Shown piece after piece: positions 13,600-27,159 of a stretch of 64,000 nucleotides of DNA. The position numbers were made by a program, and so were the translations under genes. The notes beneath the pieces are model-generated. The model was not told the origin of the DNA. It did no database searches and was given only the letters and a program-made list of their open reading frames with translations. The stretch spans positions 92,876,001-92,940,000 of the forward strand of contig NC_043006.1 of assembly GCF_006345805.1 (NCBI RefSeq), given 5' to 3'. Numbering within the stretch: the first letter of the stretch is position 1; every line of letters begins with the position of its first letter. The stretch comes from Octopus sinensis. Lineage: Eukaryota.

Positions 13600-14300
13600 T
13601 GCTAGGCCGCTCGTATAAACGGCAAAGTTCATATGGCAGAATGTGTTCCTGGATTCCCAGAACTTTTTATTTGAGAGACATCTACACCATTATCCTTCTC
13701 TTCTGCACATTTTCCCGACCCCACTTTAAATACTGTTGTCTATAGTGGTATACCCACATGAAACAAAGCGCCATGAAATTTGAAGTACATCAAAGGTCAT
13801 TTACTAAAAATATAGCTGGCATGATAGGCCTTGACTATTGGGGTCGACAAGAGAACTTCAAGTTTTATTCTCTTCAACGTCACACTGAGCGCTACATTAT
13901 CTGCTTGATGTGGAAAATATTCCATCAACATTGCCCAAATAATATTGGCATCACCTCTAAGATACTCCCAAGACTTGGGTCCTTTGTTATCCACCACAAC
14001 GTAAATGACACTCGCATCTCATAACAAAAATACGGCACAATTATTTCAGCTCAATTGTCCCGGCTCTCTTTAACATTACACCAAAACACATTCAAGCAGA
14101 AATGACACAGAAAGTTCATTGCAGTCTTTGGAGAATTTTTTTCAAGAAATCTGAGATAAAAATCCTGCACGTGGATATGTCCCCCTCTTTACTCGAGTCA
14201 GTCATGTTACCCGATTCCTGATTTGAATGACATCGCCAGGTGGTGCTATTAAGTTATACATGGCGTGGGCCACTACCGGCTGAAACCTATCAAAGTATCA
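13600..14300 (+). mobile_element. Decayed CR1/L2-group LINE 3' fragment
   Basis: WIPRTFY...SRPHFKYC...HQRSFTK...DYWGR...YSLQR..ERYIIC.MWKI aligns by eye with the C-terminal peptide of the element at 1-1030; ends ...ggctgaaac. Confidence 0.75.
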
Positions 14301-14308
14301 ATGTGTAA

Positions 14309-14339
<31 letters not shown>

Positions 14340-15107
14340 CGTGTGGTCGAATCTTCGACGTCACTGCCAATAACATTGTTTTTTAAGTGTAACGAATTCG
14401 TACCCTACAAAAGTATAGAGTAACCATAACTGAATATAAGAACAATTTATATATATACATGTGTGTGTATGTGTGTTTATAATGATGAAGAATTGAAGAG
14501 TGTTTACTCTTATGAATAAATCACAATTATAAGGGATACGGTTAATTGTTTACGATCTATCCTTCGTAATGTATTATTACATTCTTTTTTTAATTATATA
14601 TAGGCAGTCTCAGATCCACATTAGGAATTATATGAACCAAAAGACAAGAGATTCCACTAGTTAATTACTATCATATAATGCGAAGGTCTCTGTAATACAT
14701 ATTAATGCTTAAAGAAAGAAAATGGAGAAAAATGGATGTATGTATAATTTATTTGTATGATATAAGGATGTTGAAATATTTTAAAACAACAATACAAATA
14801 AACTATAAGTGGTATAGATCAGAAAATGTGAAAAACCTACATATATGTTTCCGTTGTAGATCCTAGTTGATATGCATTCAAGCATTTGGTTACATGCCAA
14901 GAAAAGTATAATTTTTTAACTTTATGGGGCAGAACTTCTTCAGGGTTATTATGAGCTTATAGAACTTATATGAACATTTTTCGTTGAAGGATGCTTACAG
15001 AATATCCTGTATTCTGTCCCACATAGTAATAAATGGTACATTTCTCAGCATAAAACGAAATACTTAGAATTGCATATCAACAAGTGGCTAGAGCTGAAAC
15101 ATATATA

Positions 15108-15467
15108 CTCTTTTACTCTTTTACTTGTTTCAGTCATTTGACTGCGGCCATGCTGGAGCACCACCTTTAATCGAGCAACTCGACACCGGGACTTATTCTT
15201 TTGTAAGCCCAGTACTTATTCTATCGGTCTCTTTTGCCGAACCGCTAAGTAACAGGGACATAAACACACCAGCATCGGTTGTCAAGCAATGCTAGGGGGA
15301 CAAACACAGACACACAAACACACACACGCATATATATACATATATACGACGGGCTTCTTTCAGTTTCCGTCTACCAAATCCACTCACAAGGCTTTGGTCG
15401 GCCCGAGGCTATAGTAGAAGACACTTGCCCAAGGTACCACGCAGTGGGACTGAACCCGGAACCATGT
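15108..15467 (-). mobile_element. tRNA/CORE-like SINE, head slightly truncated, (AGTAAAAG)n tail
   Basis: Minus strand gggttcagtccc (box B), ttgggcaagtgtcttc core, central (CA/TA)n and LINE-like tail. Homologues at 41775-42485 and 62575-63125. Confidence 0.9.
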
Positions 15468-15991
15468 AGATTTTTTGACCATTTTTTGATCTTTAGAACT
15501 TATAAATTATTTTATTTTGTTTTTAAAAATTCCAGCAACTTTACATCATACAAAAATTATTCATAAATTCTATTTTTATCCACTTTCTTTGTTTCAATAT
15601 ACACATACATACATACATACATATATACATACATACACACACACACACACACATGCATATATATATATATATACATTTATACATATTAATGTATATATGT
15701 ATATATATATATACATTCATACATATTAATATATATATATATACATTCGTAGAGTCGTACCATGTGTTAAAGAATATATACTTACGTATAAGACCAAAAA
15801 GGGTACGTCGACGCTTATATATATATGTAAATGTAAAAAAATACAAACTGGGACAAGAAAGTTAAACATTTAGAAGACGATACAAAAAACACGGACGGGA
15901 TATTCGAAGCCCTCAATCTTCAATCAAAAACCGGATCATCTTCGCAATTTCGGCTGATTAATCTTGAGATTGCTCCGATCTGGCCAGCCCC

Positions 15992-16063
<72 letters not shown>

Positions 16064-18459
16064 CTAATAATCACAAAATATTCTTCTATGAGCTACTATT
16101 AGTTCCATGCGATGAAAACCTCTCATACAACCTTTTTAACACGCATGGCGCCTTCACGCAATACTCGGGCCTTAATCGTTCACATGATGAACAGACGAAG
16201 TACTTATTTTGTTAATACTGCCACTTTGGAACAGTATAATTTATATATATATATATTATGAATAAATCACTATTATGAATAAATCACAATTATAAGGGAT
16301 ACGGTTAATTGTTTACGATGTATATATATATATATATCTTTACGTATTAATTCCAATATAGGGTAAAATAAATAATAATTTTGCCAGGTGGTCAGTGCGG
16401 AAATAATAGAAACATTTTACAAAATATTTTATGATTATATAATTATAATTATAAGAAGGATTTGGCTTTATGCCACACCACGCAACTGCTAGAAATAAAA
16501 GCTAAGGCTTCTATCATCACCTTTGTAAAAATTACCTATTAAGGTATTATTTCCGCACTGACCAGCTGGTTAAATTATTATTGATTTTACCCTATATTTA
16601 AATTAATATTTAAATAAATTTACTCCTTGATCGAAACTGCATTTACTGCAGTCAAGATAATTGCACATAATACGTGGGTACAGTAGAGGGATGTGAATTA
16701 TACTGGGTGGATATTTTTGTGAGGGTGGATCAATATTGGTCATCTATTGACGCCGGTTGGATGCATATTTTGAATCACTCGGAAATTTATGTCATGGTGT
16801 ACCTCCGTTGATAACAGTAAGCGAAACATTTTAATTTTACTTTAATCTTGAAATCCGAATCGGGTACGGAGTTGACCAACCTTGTATATTCATTATTTTT
16901 CTTTTGTTTACCTGCAATATAGTACTTTATTTCTCTGTGGTAATAGATTTCAAAGTGGTAATAGAAGCCTTAGCTTCTATTTCTAGCAGTTGCGTGGTGA
17001 GGCGTAAAGCCAAACCCTTTTTATAATTATAAATATATAATTATAGAATATTTTATACATACATATATGTATTTATATGTATATATCTACTCTCACACAC
17101 ATACACACACACAAACACACACAAACACACACACACACATTTATATATATATATATTTCAACAATTGAGGGTAAAATTAATTAATTATTAATCAATTTCA
17201 CCAAGTATTCAGTATGTAAAGGGACCATTTAAGGCGAATTCAAAATATTACATTTTATAAAGGGCTTAGTAAAATAAATTACTTTGCCACATACTGAACT
17301 CATTAGAAATAGCAGCCAAAAAAAAAATTAAAATTTTTTTAGCCATTTCTAATACTTAAAGAAAATTTCTCTCAGATAGTGTTTACTCAAAATAACCCAC
17401 GAAGGTATGGGGGTAAAAACATTAAAAAATCACAAGTGCAAAGACTATTTGAGAACGTACGTTTCTAGATCAGCCAAATACAATTCGACATTTCTTTCGT
17501 CAGCTCAAAAGTATTATTTCTGCTATTCATCACTGAGTTTCTAATAGCATAAAGTACTTAATGACAATATTTGGGAAATCATCCGCGCTATCAAATTCTC
17601 CATAAACATCTTAGTGATGATTCTTTCATCACTGGCATTACCATTATCATTAAATACTTCGTAATATCCTCTTTTGAAAATTACAGAAGTTGGATGAAAA
17701 GAAGTCTGACACTATGGCTAATGACGTTACTCACTGTGTGAAATGTAGCTGAATTGAATTCACCAACGAATTCAGACTTGGTTGTCTTTTAAGACAGGAC
17801 ACACCGTTTGAATTAGGCTAATATCAGAGTTCCAGAATAAGAATTTTATAGTTCGACGGGAGCCTAAATCCACTTGTCTTGATAAGTTTACACTTTTGAC
17901 AGCCATTTTATAACATCCTAATAAACCAGTCGCTGGAATTGTGACTGTGTAACATTTATTACAGGGAGAAATTGTTTTCGTAATACTATGTTTGTACTAC
18001 ATTTTCTTCTTTGCGTCCCTAATGTCTATGTAAAAGTCAAGATAATCACGATCAGTTATGAGTAAACATACGAATGTTAGCTTCTGACGAAGCCATAGGA
18101 ATATCGTATTTCTCAGAGCAAAGATGCACATACAGTAAGAGATCCATTATATGCAACATTCCTATTATTTGGTCTCGTAATACAGAAAATGCTACATTTA
18201 ATGTCTTCTTGAAAAATAAACTTTTACTTCCGATGAAAATACAATGCCAAACGGAAATTAAATTTCCAGATACTACCTCAATCTAAATAAAAGTACCTGC
18301 GGAAGACATTACTGCTATTTTGAGGAAGGTATTACAGGAAACCTTTAAGATTCAGCAATATGTTAATGCAGACTTGTTTAATATTGATTTCGGAAAGATA
18401 CACAAAGGTTAGAAACCGAGTAAAGGAAGGGATTCATTTTAATTCCCTTTTATAAACGC

Positions 18460-18685
18460 ATGGTGTTGGTTTCAAATTTTGGCACAAGGCCAACAATTTC
18501 TGGGGATGGGTTAAGTCGATTACATCGACCCCAGTGCACAACGAGAACTTGTTTTATAGACACCGAAAGGATGAAATGTAAAGTGAGTCGTGGTGAAATT
18601 CGAACTCAGAACTTAAAGCCAGACGAAATACTGCCAAGCATTTCGCCCGGTGTGCTAACGGTTCTGCCAGCTCGCGGCCTCTACA
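18460..18685 (-). mobile_element. tRNA-derived SINE, second family (weaker copy near 20400-20510)
   Basis: Minus strand gagttcgaatt box B, then tttcatcctttcgg...ataaaacaagt...cactggggtcgatgtaatcgac central domain. Confidence 0.7.
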
Positions 18686-19117
18686 CGCAGGATGTTACGT
18701 AGAGAGTGTTGATTTGTCAATTCGATGTCGAATCTAATCACAGTATACAAGTGGAGTTATATTGAACAATGATCTATCAGGAAAGTATTGATTGACAAAA
18801 TATTGTTTGGCATAGAAATCGTAAATAATCAAGGACATAGTAATTATAGTTCGAATTTACTAAAAAGAACCAACAAAACAAAAGACGAAGACGGGTGTGT
18901 AAACAACAAACAGATGTATTAGTTTAACGCTCGGGAAATGAGAATGTGTTTTATGTTTTGAGCCTACGCTCTTCAAAAGAAAAGAACGCAGAAATAAGCA
19001 GAGAGAGAAACTAGAAAAAATATTTAGTGGCTAACGATCAATCAAGGCGAATATAGAAATTATAACAGCTATAAGTACATTAGACAGATTATCGAGCGTA
19101 ACGTGTGTGTGTGTTTG

Positions 19118-19150
<33 letters not shown>

Positions 19151-22100
19151 TTGCGTGTGATGTCTTAAAATTGAAAATACCAATCTTATTTGAACTTTTG
19201 TTGTTTGCAAACGCGTATGTGCATTCACAGCGACTTTGTAGACGTATCAGCTGCAGACTTAGATTGACAAGAATGATGTAAATGATAACAAATTCAACGA
19301 GATATTTGCTTGCTTTCCTATTAAACAAGCGTATATAATCATGCGTATCAGCAATCAGATTTAATCGTAATTTATAATTACGCGATAAGTTGGCAACGCA
19401 AATCTGCTCAACGGTTGATCTTATAACTAGTAGCTAAAGATGCTTCATTCTGCATATGAGAATGACACTTCATTATGCCTTTTACCGTCCACTAGGTTGA
19501 GGAGATTACTTCTCGAATGCTCTGTGAAGAATATCTTTGATAAGCTATCTCCCCGGAGAGATATTGTTTACCTCACATCAAATTAATACCGCATAACAGA
19601 GATAATCACTAACTTTCCGAGAATCGTATAGATATGTTTATCTAATTTATGTTGTTAATTTCTATAAGAAACAACATTTAGTTCATCTGGAAAAACTATA
19701 GTTCTCAGAATATATTGACACTAGCGTATCGCTGCTTCAGCACAAAAACCAAATATATTTCGGAGTGAAAATATATCATTGAACATGTTATCTAAACGCA
19801 CAAAAGCCAATACAGAAAAGTGGGGAGAAGAACGAGAGAGAGAAAGAGAGAGAGGGGACAATACAAGGCACAATATTTCATGAAATACAACTTTGTACAA
19901 ATTATTCTCGCCAGAAGGTTGTGTGATGATCTTATATTTAGAGTCTTTATTACGTACAGTGTTATGTTAATTACAAGGCGCAAAATGTATCATATATGAG
20001 CTTTTATCGCTTATAACATTACAAAATATAATCTATGTCCAAGTAAGGTTCCATATATATTTCGATATGGCATGTTTGCCAAGCACCGCAGAGGATACAG
20101 GATGACTCATATAAAACGGCGATCTGTCTGAAAGGTATTTAACCATTCGCCTTTTTGCTAATAGTATGAAATATCATAAATTACAATAAATAAACAAATT
20201 CTAATAGTTATAGATATAGGAGATAGGTATTTATATATTTGTTTAACGGTAAAAGTCCTGGAAATTCTTGACACTGCTAGAATATCTTTGTAATATTTGA
20301 ACAATTATTTTATGAGAGAGAATGTAATATAAGTTGATTATCCTTTCATTCCTCAATAACATATTGTTTCTTAGGCAGAACGCCTTAAAGTTCAGAGAAG
20401 GGTTTATTGATACCATCTACACCAACACCTATTATTACATTTCATGAACCACGGAGGGGGGAAAGATAAAGTTGACTTCGTTGAGATTTGAACTTAGAAC
20501 GTAAATGGTCGCTTTTGTAGACAAAGTATGGTTGGGAACATTTTGACTAATCCTTATCCTGTGTTTATTTATTTAGAAAACATTGATTCATAATGACAGC
20601 GAAAGTGAAATATCATAAATCTATAGAGGTACGAAGTAATCATATTTTCATGTTCTGTCTACGACAAAGTAACAATTTGTCTTGTATCACTAATTATACA
20701 TAATGCCATTTAGCAAGGCCTGCAACAATCAAACGGCCCAGACAACCAAGCTATAAACAGTTGCAACGTGCAACTCTAACACATTACATCACCGTAAGGA
20801 GGTGCCACAAAATTGAAGGATGTTCGTTATTCTGAGGTCAAGTCTTCCAACGAATGTCTCTGGAAATGGATTAAATCTCTAGCACATACGAATGCTTAAT
20901 GCATAAATCATTAAGTTAATGTCTTCCGTGGGTTAATGTATTTACTCACTCTTAGAGATAATTCTTACAGAATTTGACACTATATTGTAAGCCTGAGAGG
21001 ACAGCATAACCCAACAAACAGGAAGTTGTATAAATTAATTTATCATCATGTGATCCATTAGAAGTATACAGTTTTATGTATTTATAGAGTGTTAATAGAT
21101 TTATCAATAGTGTATCTTCATATTATAAAACCTTTTGTATTACCAATGCGATACTGCTAAAGTAATAAGATAACACAAATTATCTTTAGATGTTATCGTT
21201 TAACATCGAATTGGCCTTGGCACTCAGTAGATAAAATATTAACTAGTGGAATAAAATCATCGGCAAAAGTGTGTACTATAACAGGCACACTTACAAATAA
21301 CTACACACATAATTCTCATTTGAAATATTTTGTAGAAGTTTTACAGAATGTTTGAAGCACAAAGATGATGTTTGAAGCATAAAGATGATGATTTTGATAC
21401 TCAGTTCCGTGGTTTTAACTGCGCAAAATAGTACCCTCCTGATCTTAGTATTTATAAGGGACTTGATATAAATAACCGTTCTAAACAAGTACCACTAAGA
21501 AACTATAAATACCATGATGGGTGTAACAATAATAACTTCTTAAATTTATAATATAACCTTTAGTTTAAAAAAAAACATTAGTGTAAAATATGAATGTTCC
21601 ATAACTTAAATATTCCCTTAGCTGATACCAGACATCAGTCTTTTATTGATATGAGCTAAATAAGTAAATATATAATTTTTAGTCTAATATATTTTGAATT
21701 ATTATACTTTTTCTAAAAATCTTCCCTATTGGTATTAATAAGCTACATACACTTTACCATGGTATTAATAATTAAGCCATTTTTTTTCCTTTTCTATGGT
21801 GTTCTGCCCTACTTATTTTATTTTATTTCGTTATTATTTTATAATTAGTCTTTATTTATTCATAAAATTAATCTAAATTACGAAGTCTATATGTTCATAC
21901 TTAGCTTATATAAAACTATACTTGTATATACACTACTTATGAAAAAACTGCTTTGATTATCATTTTATTAATATATAATTAGCATATTCCTTTACCTCAA
22001 TACTTCTTTATTAATACCAGTATATACCAATTAATCAATATTTGCAGATACCATCTGATGAGTTAGTATTTAAGTCTACAATATGTATAAGTATTAAAAT

Positions 22101-22914
22101 ATTTCTGGATAATTTCTTTTCCCCGCTCTATTGTGGTAAAAGTTTGGTCTACACTCAAAAGTATTCATGAATTTCTATCCTTTCGTTAAGATATTCTTCT
22201 TTAAAATCCTTTGAAAAACCCTAAACTTTTACTGTATACAATATAGAAACATTGTATAAAATGTTTAACTGTAGTACTACATGATTTCCCCTGTTTCATT
22301 TTCAATGGTCTGCATGTGGGCAACCCCCTTAATTATCAGCTAACATCTTGTTTTAAATTTTCCTTTATCAAACCTTATGATATTGCCTCTAATAAATCTT
22401 GATTTTTATGACTATACTATTTATATGACTATAATATTTTGGTATAGTCATATGATATGTGTCTACTCGCTCAGCGCAACACCTAGCAGATACTGCTCTC
22501 TGTTCTCTCCGCCTTAGATATACAAGGGATTTGATAAACCAGTCTATAAATTAAAACTGATCACATAAAAACGAAAAATCAGTGACAGGCAGAGTCTGTA
22601 ACGATGTATATCTTCTTGAAAAATTCAGTAACTTCGAAACTTCTTGGAAATTTTAGGTATCTAATGTTTCCATCAGTTTAAATTTAATTCAATTCTATGT
22701 CTTTGTGCAGCTGAAGATTGCTCTGCATTTTAAATTGATGCAATGATTGCATTGTTCAGTTAAATGGAGTTGCATAAAATGATCGTACTGCATTACCGCT
22801 GTTGATTATTTTGATTTTAATCACCTTTACTTTGAAATTGTGTGGATAATACCATACTAAAATCTGGTGCCTCAACTTAAGTACCGTATTCACCTGAATA
22901 TATATATATAACGG

Positions 22915-22998
22915 CACTCGAACAAGGTGGAACGCAGTGAGACTGAACCCAGAACCATGTGGTCGCCAAGCCAACTTTTTACCACGCGGCAACTCCTG
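22915..22998 (-). mobile_element. SINE head fragment
   Basis: Similar to the head of the 15108/42485 family (gagactgaacccagaaccatgtgg). Confidence 0.7.
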
Positions 22999-23659
22999 TA
23001 TCATATATAACATTTACTTAAGTACATACTTTCATAACGTATGTAATACATTAAGGGGCAACTTCCGTTCGCGGTTTTCTTCCCTCAACTTAATTTTCCT
23101 CAATTTACTATTCTTGTATTGCATGAAAATCAATGAGTATAATATCATTTATGTTTTTCACTCGGCAACCGATACGTAAAATATTTCTCCAAACTCGTGT
23201 TATTTCTATGGGTGCTAATAAATATATCAGAAAATCATGTCGGCGATTGAGTTCACTGTGCATACATCAACAACGTTTTTAGAGGAAAAGTTTGCAAATT
23301 ATTGGATATCCGATGGAAAAAGCTGAAAGCAAGCATTTATTGTTCCAACGCAGTGACTATAACTTTGATGACACAGATGTCAGCCTACAACGCATATCAA
23401 CAGTTAATTACTTTGAACAGAATAACATACTTTGCACAGAGAGAGAGGATGCAAGGAAATTGTTGAACACCGCACAAATAACGGATGATGCCATTCAAAA
23501 TGACACAAACACCTTTGTTCAAATATCCTCGGTGTAGCTGACACGAAGCAAAGGTCAGCTACATCGATATTGACCCGAACTGAATCTGTGTATGCATATA
23601 TATTTCAATGTACTTCTAAATATAACGAAACATTCTCATACAAGCAGATACATGTATAA

Positions 23660-23956
23660 AATATATATACAATATATATATATAAACACACACTCACATA
23701 CATATTTATATATATACATACAGACACACACAAACACACACATATATATATATATATACGTATATACACACTCACACACACACACACATATATATATATA
23801 TAGACATATATGCATATATGTATATATATGTATATATATGTGTGTTTATATATGTATGTATATATATATATATATAGACATATATATGCATATATGTATA
23901 TATATATATATATATATTTATCTATCTATCTATCTATCTATCTACCCATCTATCTG

Positions 23957-24009
<53 letters not shown>

Positions 24010-24030
24010 GTATATATATATATATATATA
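23660..24030. repeat. Compound (TA)n/(CA)n/(ATCT)n/(TC)n microsatellite
   Basis: Direct reading. Confidence 0.95.
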
Positions 24031-24328
24031 TTGCAAAATATACAGATGTGCACTCGTCGACATACATTTATAAGCGCATACATCGCAATGATGATTCAAT
24101 CGGTAAACGTGAGTGCGTATGTGGCAAGAAGCAGAAAAAGAAAAACGGAAGATAGATACAGAGATAGGTGGATAAGTAGGTAGATTGATTGATGGAGAGT
24201 TTTAGAAAAGTAAGTGTATGAGGAAGAACGCAGAACTTGCAGTCACTCAATTTCTTCTACTATCCACAAACATTTCGTGCATTCTATACACACACACATA
24301 AACATACACGTTTTATATATATATATAC

Positions 24329-24405
<77 letters not shown>

Positions 24406-24562
24406 CATATATACATACACGCGCGTAGACACACACACGCATGTGTAAATTTATATATATATGTGTACATATACATGCATAGCTTGATCGGTGAGTCCGT
24501 ATTTATAACGTGTGCATATATGTATATATATATATGCACGCATTATAAATACGGACACACAC

Positions 24563-24615
<53 letters not shown>

Positions 24616-24964
24616 TGTAGGTATAAACAAGTCTTAACTTGATCTCTGATTATGTCCTGGTCAATATACTTCTGAGAAGCAATCTCGTCGATGATTCTTG
24701 CTATATGTCCGTTTACATCGTGACAGGCGATGTTTCTGTGATAAGCAATCGCTAAAATGAAAAAGAGAATAAAGCGGCAAGATATATTTCCTCGCTTATA
24801 TTGGCTTCGGTATTGCTATGAAACTTAAGTAAACAAATAATTCAGCGTAATGAGATTTACTTCAGTCAGTCGAATGTTCAACATGAAAAGTTAAACTTTC
24901 TTCTCGGCACAAACTCATGTATATCCATAAACCTACACTTCTAATCTTGCGTCTACTGGTGAGA

Positions 24965-24971
24965 TCGAGCA

Positions 24972-25013
<42 letters not shown>

Positions 25014-25140
25014 GTGCGTGTGCGCGCGTACATGTATATGACATTTATGTATATCAGTATTGTAACGATCAGGTTCGTATCTATGTGTGTGTGTGTATGT
25101 GTGTAAATGTGTATTCAGTCAAATACTTATACACACACAG

Positions 25141-25175
<35 letters not shown>

Positions 25176-25260
25176 GATATATATATTTCCACACGTACAT
25201 AATACGTATATATATAGCTATATGTATAAATACGTATATATACTTATGTATATATATATG

Positions 25261-25291
<31 letters not shown>

Positions 25292-25584
25292 ATATATGTA
25301 TATGTATATATATGTAAGTATATGTGTATATATATATGTATATATATATATGTATGTATGTATAAATATGTATGTATGTTTATATATATAAATATATGTA
25401 TATATATATATATGTATGTATATATATATATGTATATATGTATGTTTATATATATATATGTATATATATATGTATATATATGTATGTGTATATATATATA
25501 TGTATATATATATATTTATATATATGTATGTATATATATGTATATATACATATATATATATATGTACGTATATATATATGCATG

Positions 25585-25623
<39 letters not shown>

Positions 25624-25848
25624 GTACGTATATATATGTATATATATGTATATATGTATATATATATGTATACATATATCTATGTATGTATTTGTATGTA
25701 TGTATATGTATGTATATGTATGTATATGTATGTTTATGTATATATATATGTATATGTATGTATATATATATGTATGTATATGTATGTATATATATGTATG
25801 TGTATATATTTATATATATGTATGTATATATATTTATATATATGTATA
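24965..25848. repeat. Long compound (TG)n/(TA)n/(TATG)n tract, about 880 bp
   Basis: Direct reading; explains the 335-aa and overlapping YI/YM ORFs. Confidence 0.95.
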
Positions 25849-26839
25849 TCTCTCTATATATATAAAACTGAGAATGTGTGTCTGTCTGTCTAACTGTCTG
25901 TCTGTGTGTTTCCCTAAAACTTGAGAACTACACAACCAATTTCATTCAAATTTTACACATGCCTTACTTAAGGTCCGGGGAGTGTCATCATTTTTACCTT
26001 TTTGCCTAGGGCGACCCCACAGCAATATCATATCTTCATCATTTCAGTATTACGTGTTAAAAGTGTCTCTTTAATACTGAAACCATTAAAGTGAAAGTAT
26101 TATATAATAGGGATGAACCATTAACAGTGGTCAACCATTTTGCTAGAAGAAGATTCGCTATGGTCTTATATGCTACACCACTGGTTTTCAATTCATATTA
26201 ATCAAATTAATATTCAATTTTTCACCCTTATTATGTGTGTGTGTGTGTGAGTATTAGCAATCCGTATAAAATTGCGTCAATGACTTGAACTTGAATAAAT
26301 GGTTTCACATAAATGGGGATAAATTAAAAAGTTTTGTTGTTATTAGTATTACGTTTGTTGGTTCCTCGTAAGGAAACGTTGTTGTGTTGCATTTGTTGAA
26401 TAATTGTAAATCGTAACCCTCCCCCTTTTGGAGAAGGGGCTTTGGTTATCGTTTAAAAATTGAATCGTGTCCCTGTTTGGGGAAATTGACAATATTTTCA
26501 CCGTCTTTACGGAAGCATTTTTGTTAAAATGCCTTCGATAGAAGAAAGTTCAAAAATGAATTTCGCTGCAGCCATACACTTCCATACAAGACGGAGGACA
26601 AGATCCAATTGATCAAAATTGCAAGAGACGGGCCTACAATTCCAGTCTGTTATATATTTTGAGTATTGTTATCACTAGCGATATCAAGATACAACTTTGT
26701 ATTTTGTATTTTATGTGTAGATATATATATATAGATGTACATGTAATATGTACACATATATATATACACATATATACATGCATCATATATCTACCCCTAC
26801 ACACATACGCACACACACACACACACACACACATACATA

Positions 26840-26975
26840 GGGGCAAGTGTGGCTGTGTGGTAACAAACTACGTTCCAAACACATGGTCCTGGGTTCAGTC
26901 CCACTGTGTGGTGACTTAGCATATGTCTTCTGCTGAAGCCTGAGACCAACAAAAGCCTTCTCAGTGGATTTTGTA
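26840..26975 (+). mobile_element. SINE head fragment nested in the Helitron
   Basis: gtggctgtgtggtaa...gggttcagtcccactg matches the SINE head family. Confidence 0.8.
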
Positions 26976-27159
26976 CATATATCCAGGCATACATACATAT
27001 ATATATATACATGCATACGTACATATTCGGCATAAACACTCTACCACTACAACTAATAGCTATTGGGAAAAATTTCAAACCTGCCTTACATTCGAACCGG
27101 AATCTCAAGCAAAAATATTTTTAACTTTTTGCCTAGGGCGACCCCACAGCAAATATCAT

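Noticed and set aside
18950-18985. ttgaagagcgtaggctcaaaacata hammerhead-like string
   Set aside because: GAAA and NUH are both altered and the core does not fit with the stem.
20103-20140. AP-1 site, TATAAAA and splice donor
   Set aside because: The donor at 20135 falls before the expected start site, and such motifs are common in AT-rich DNA.
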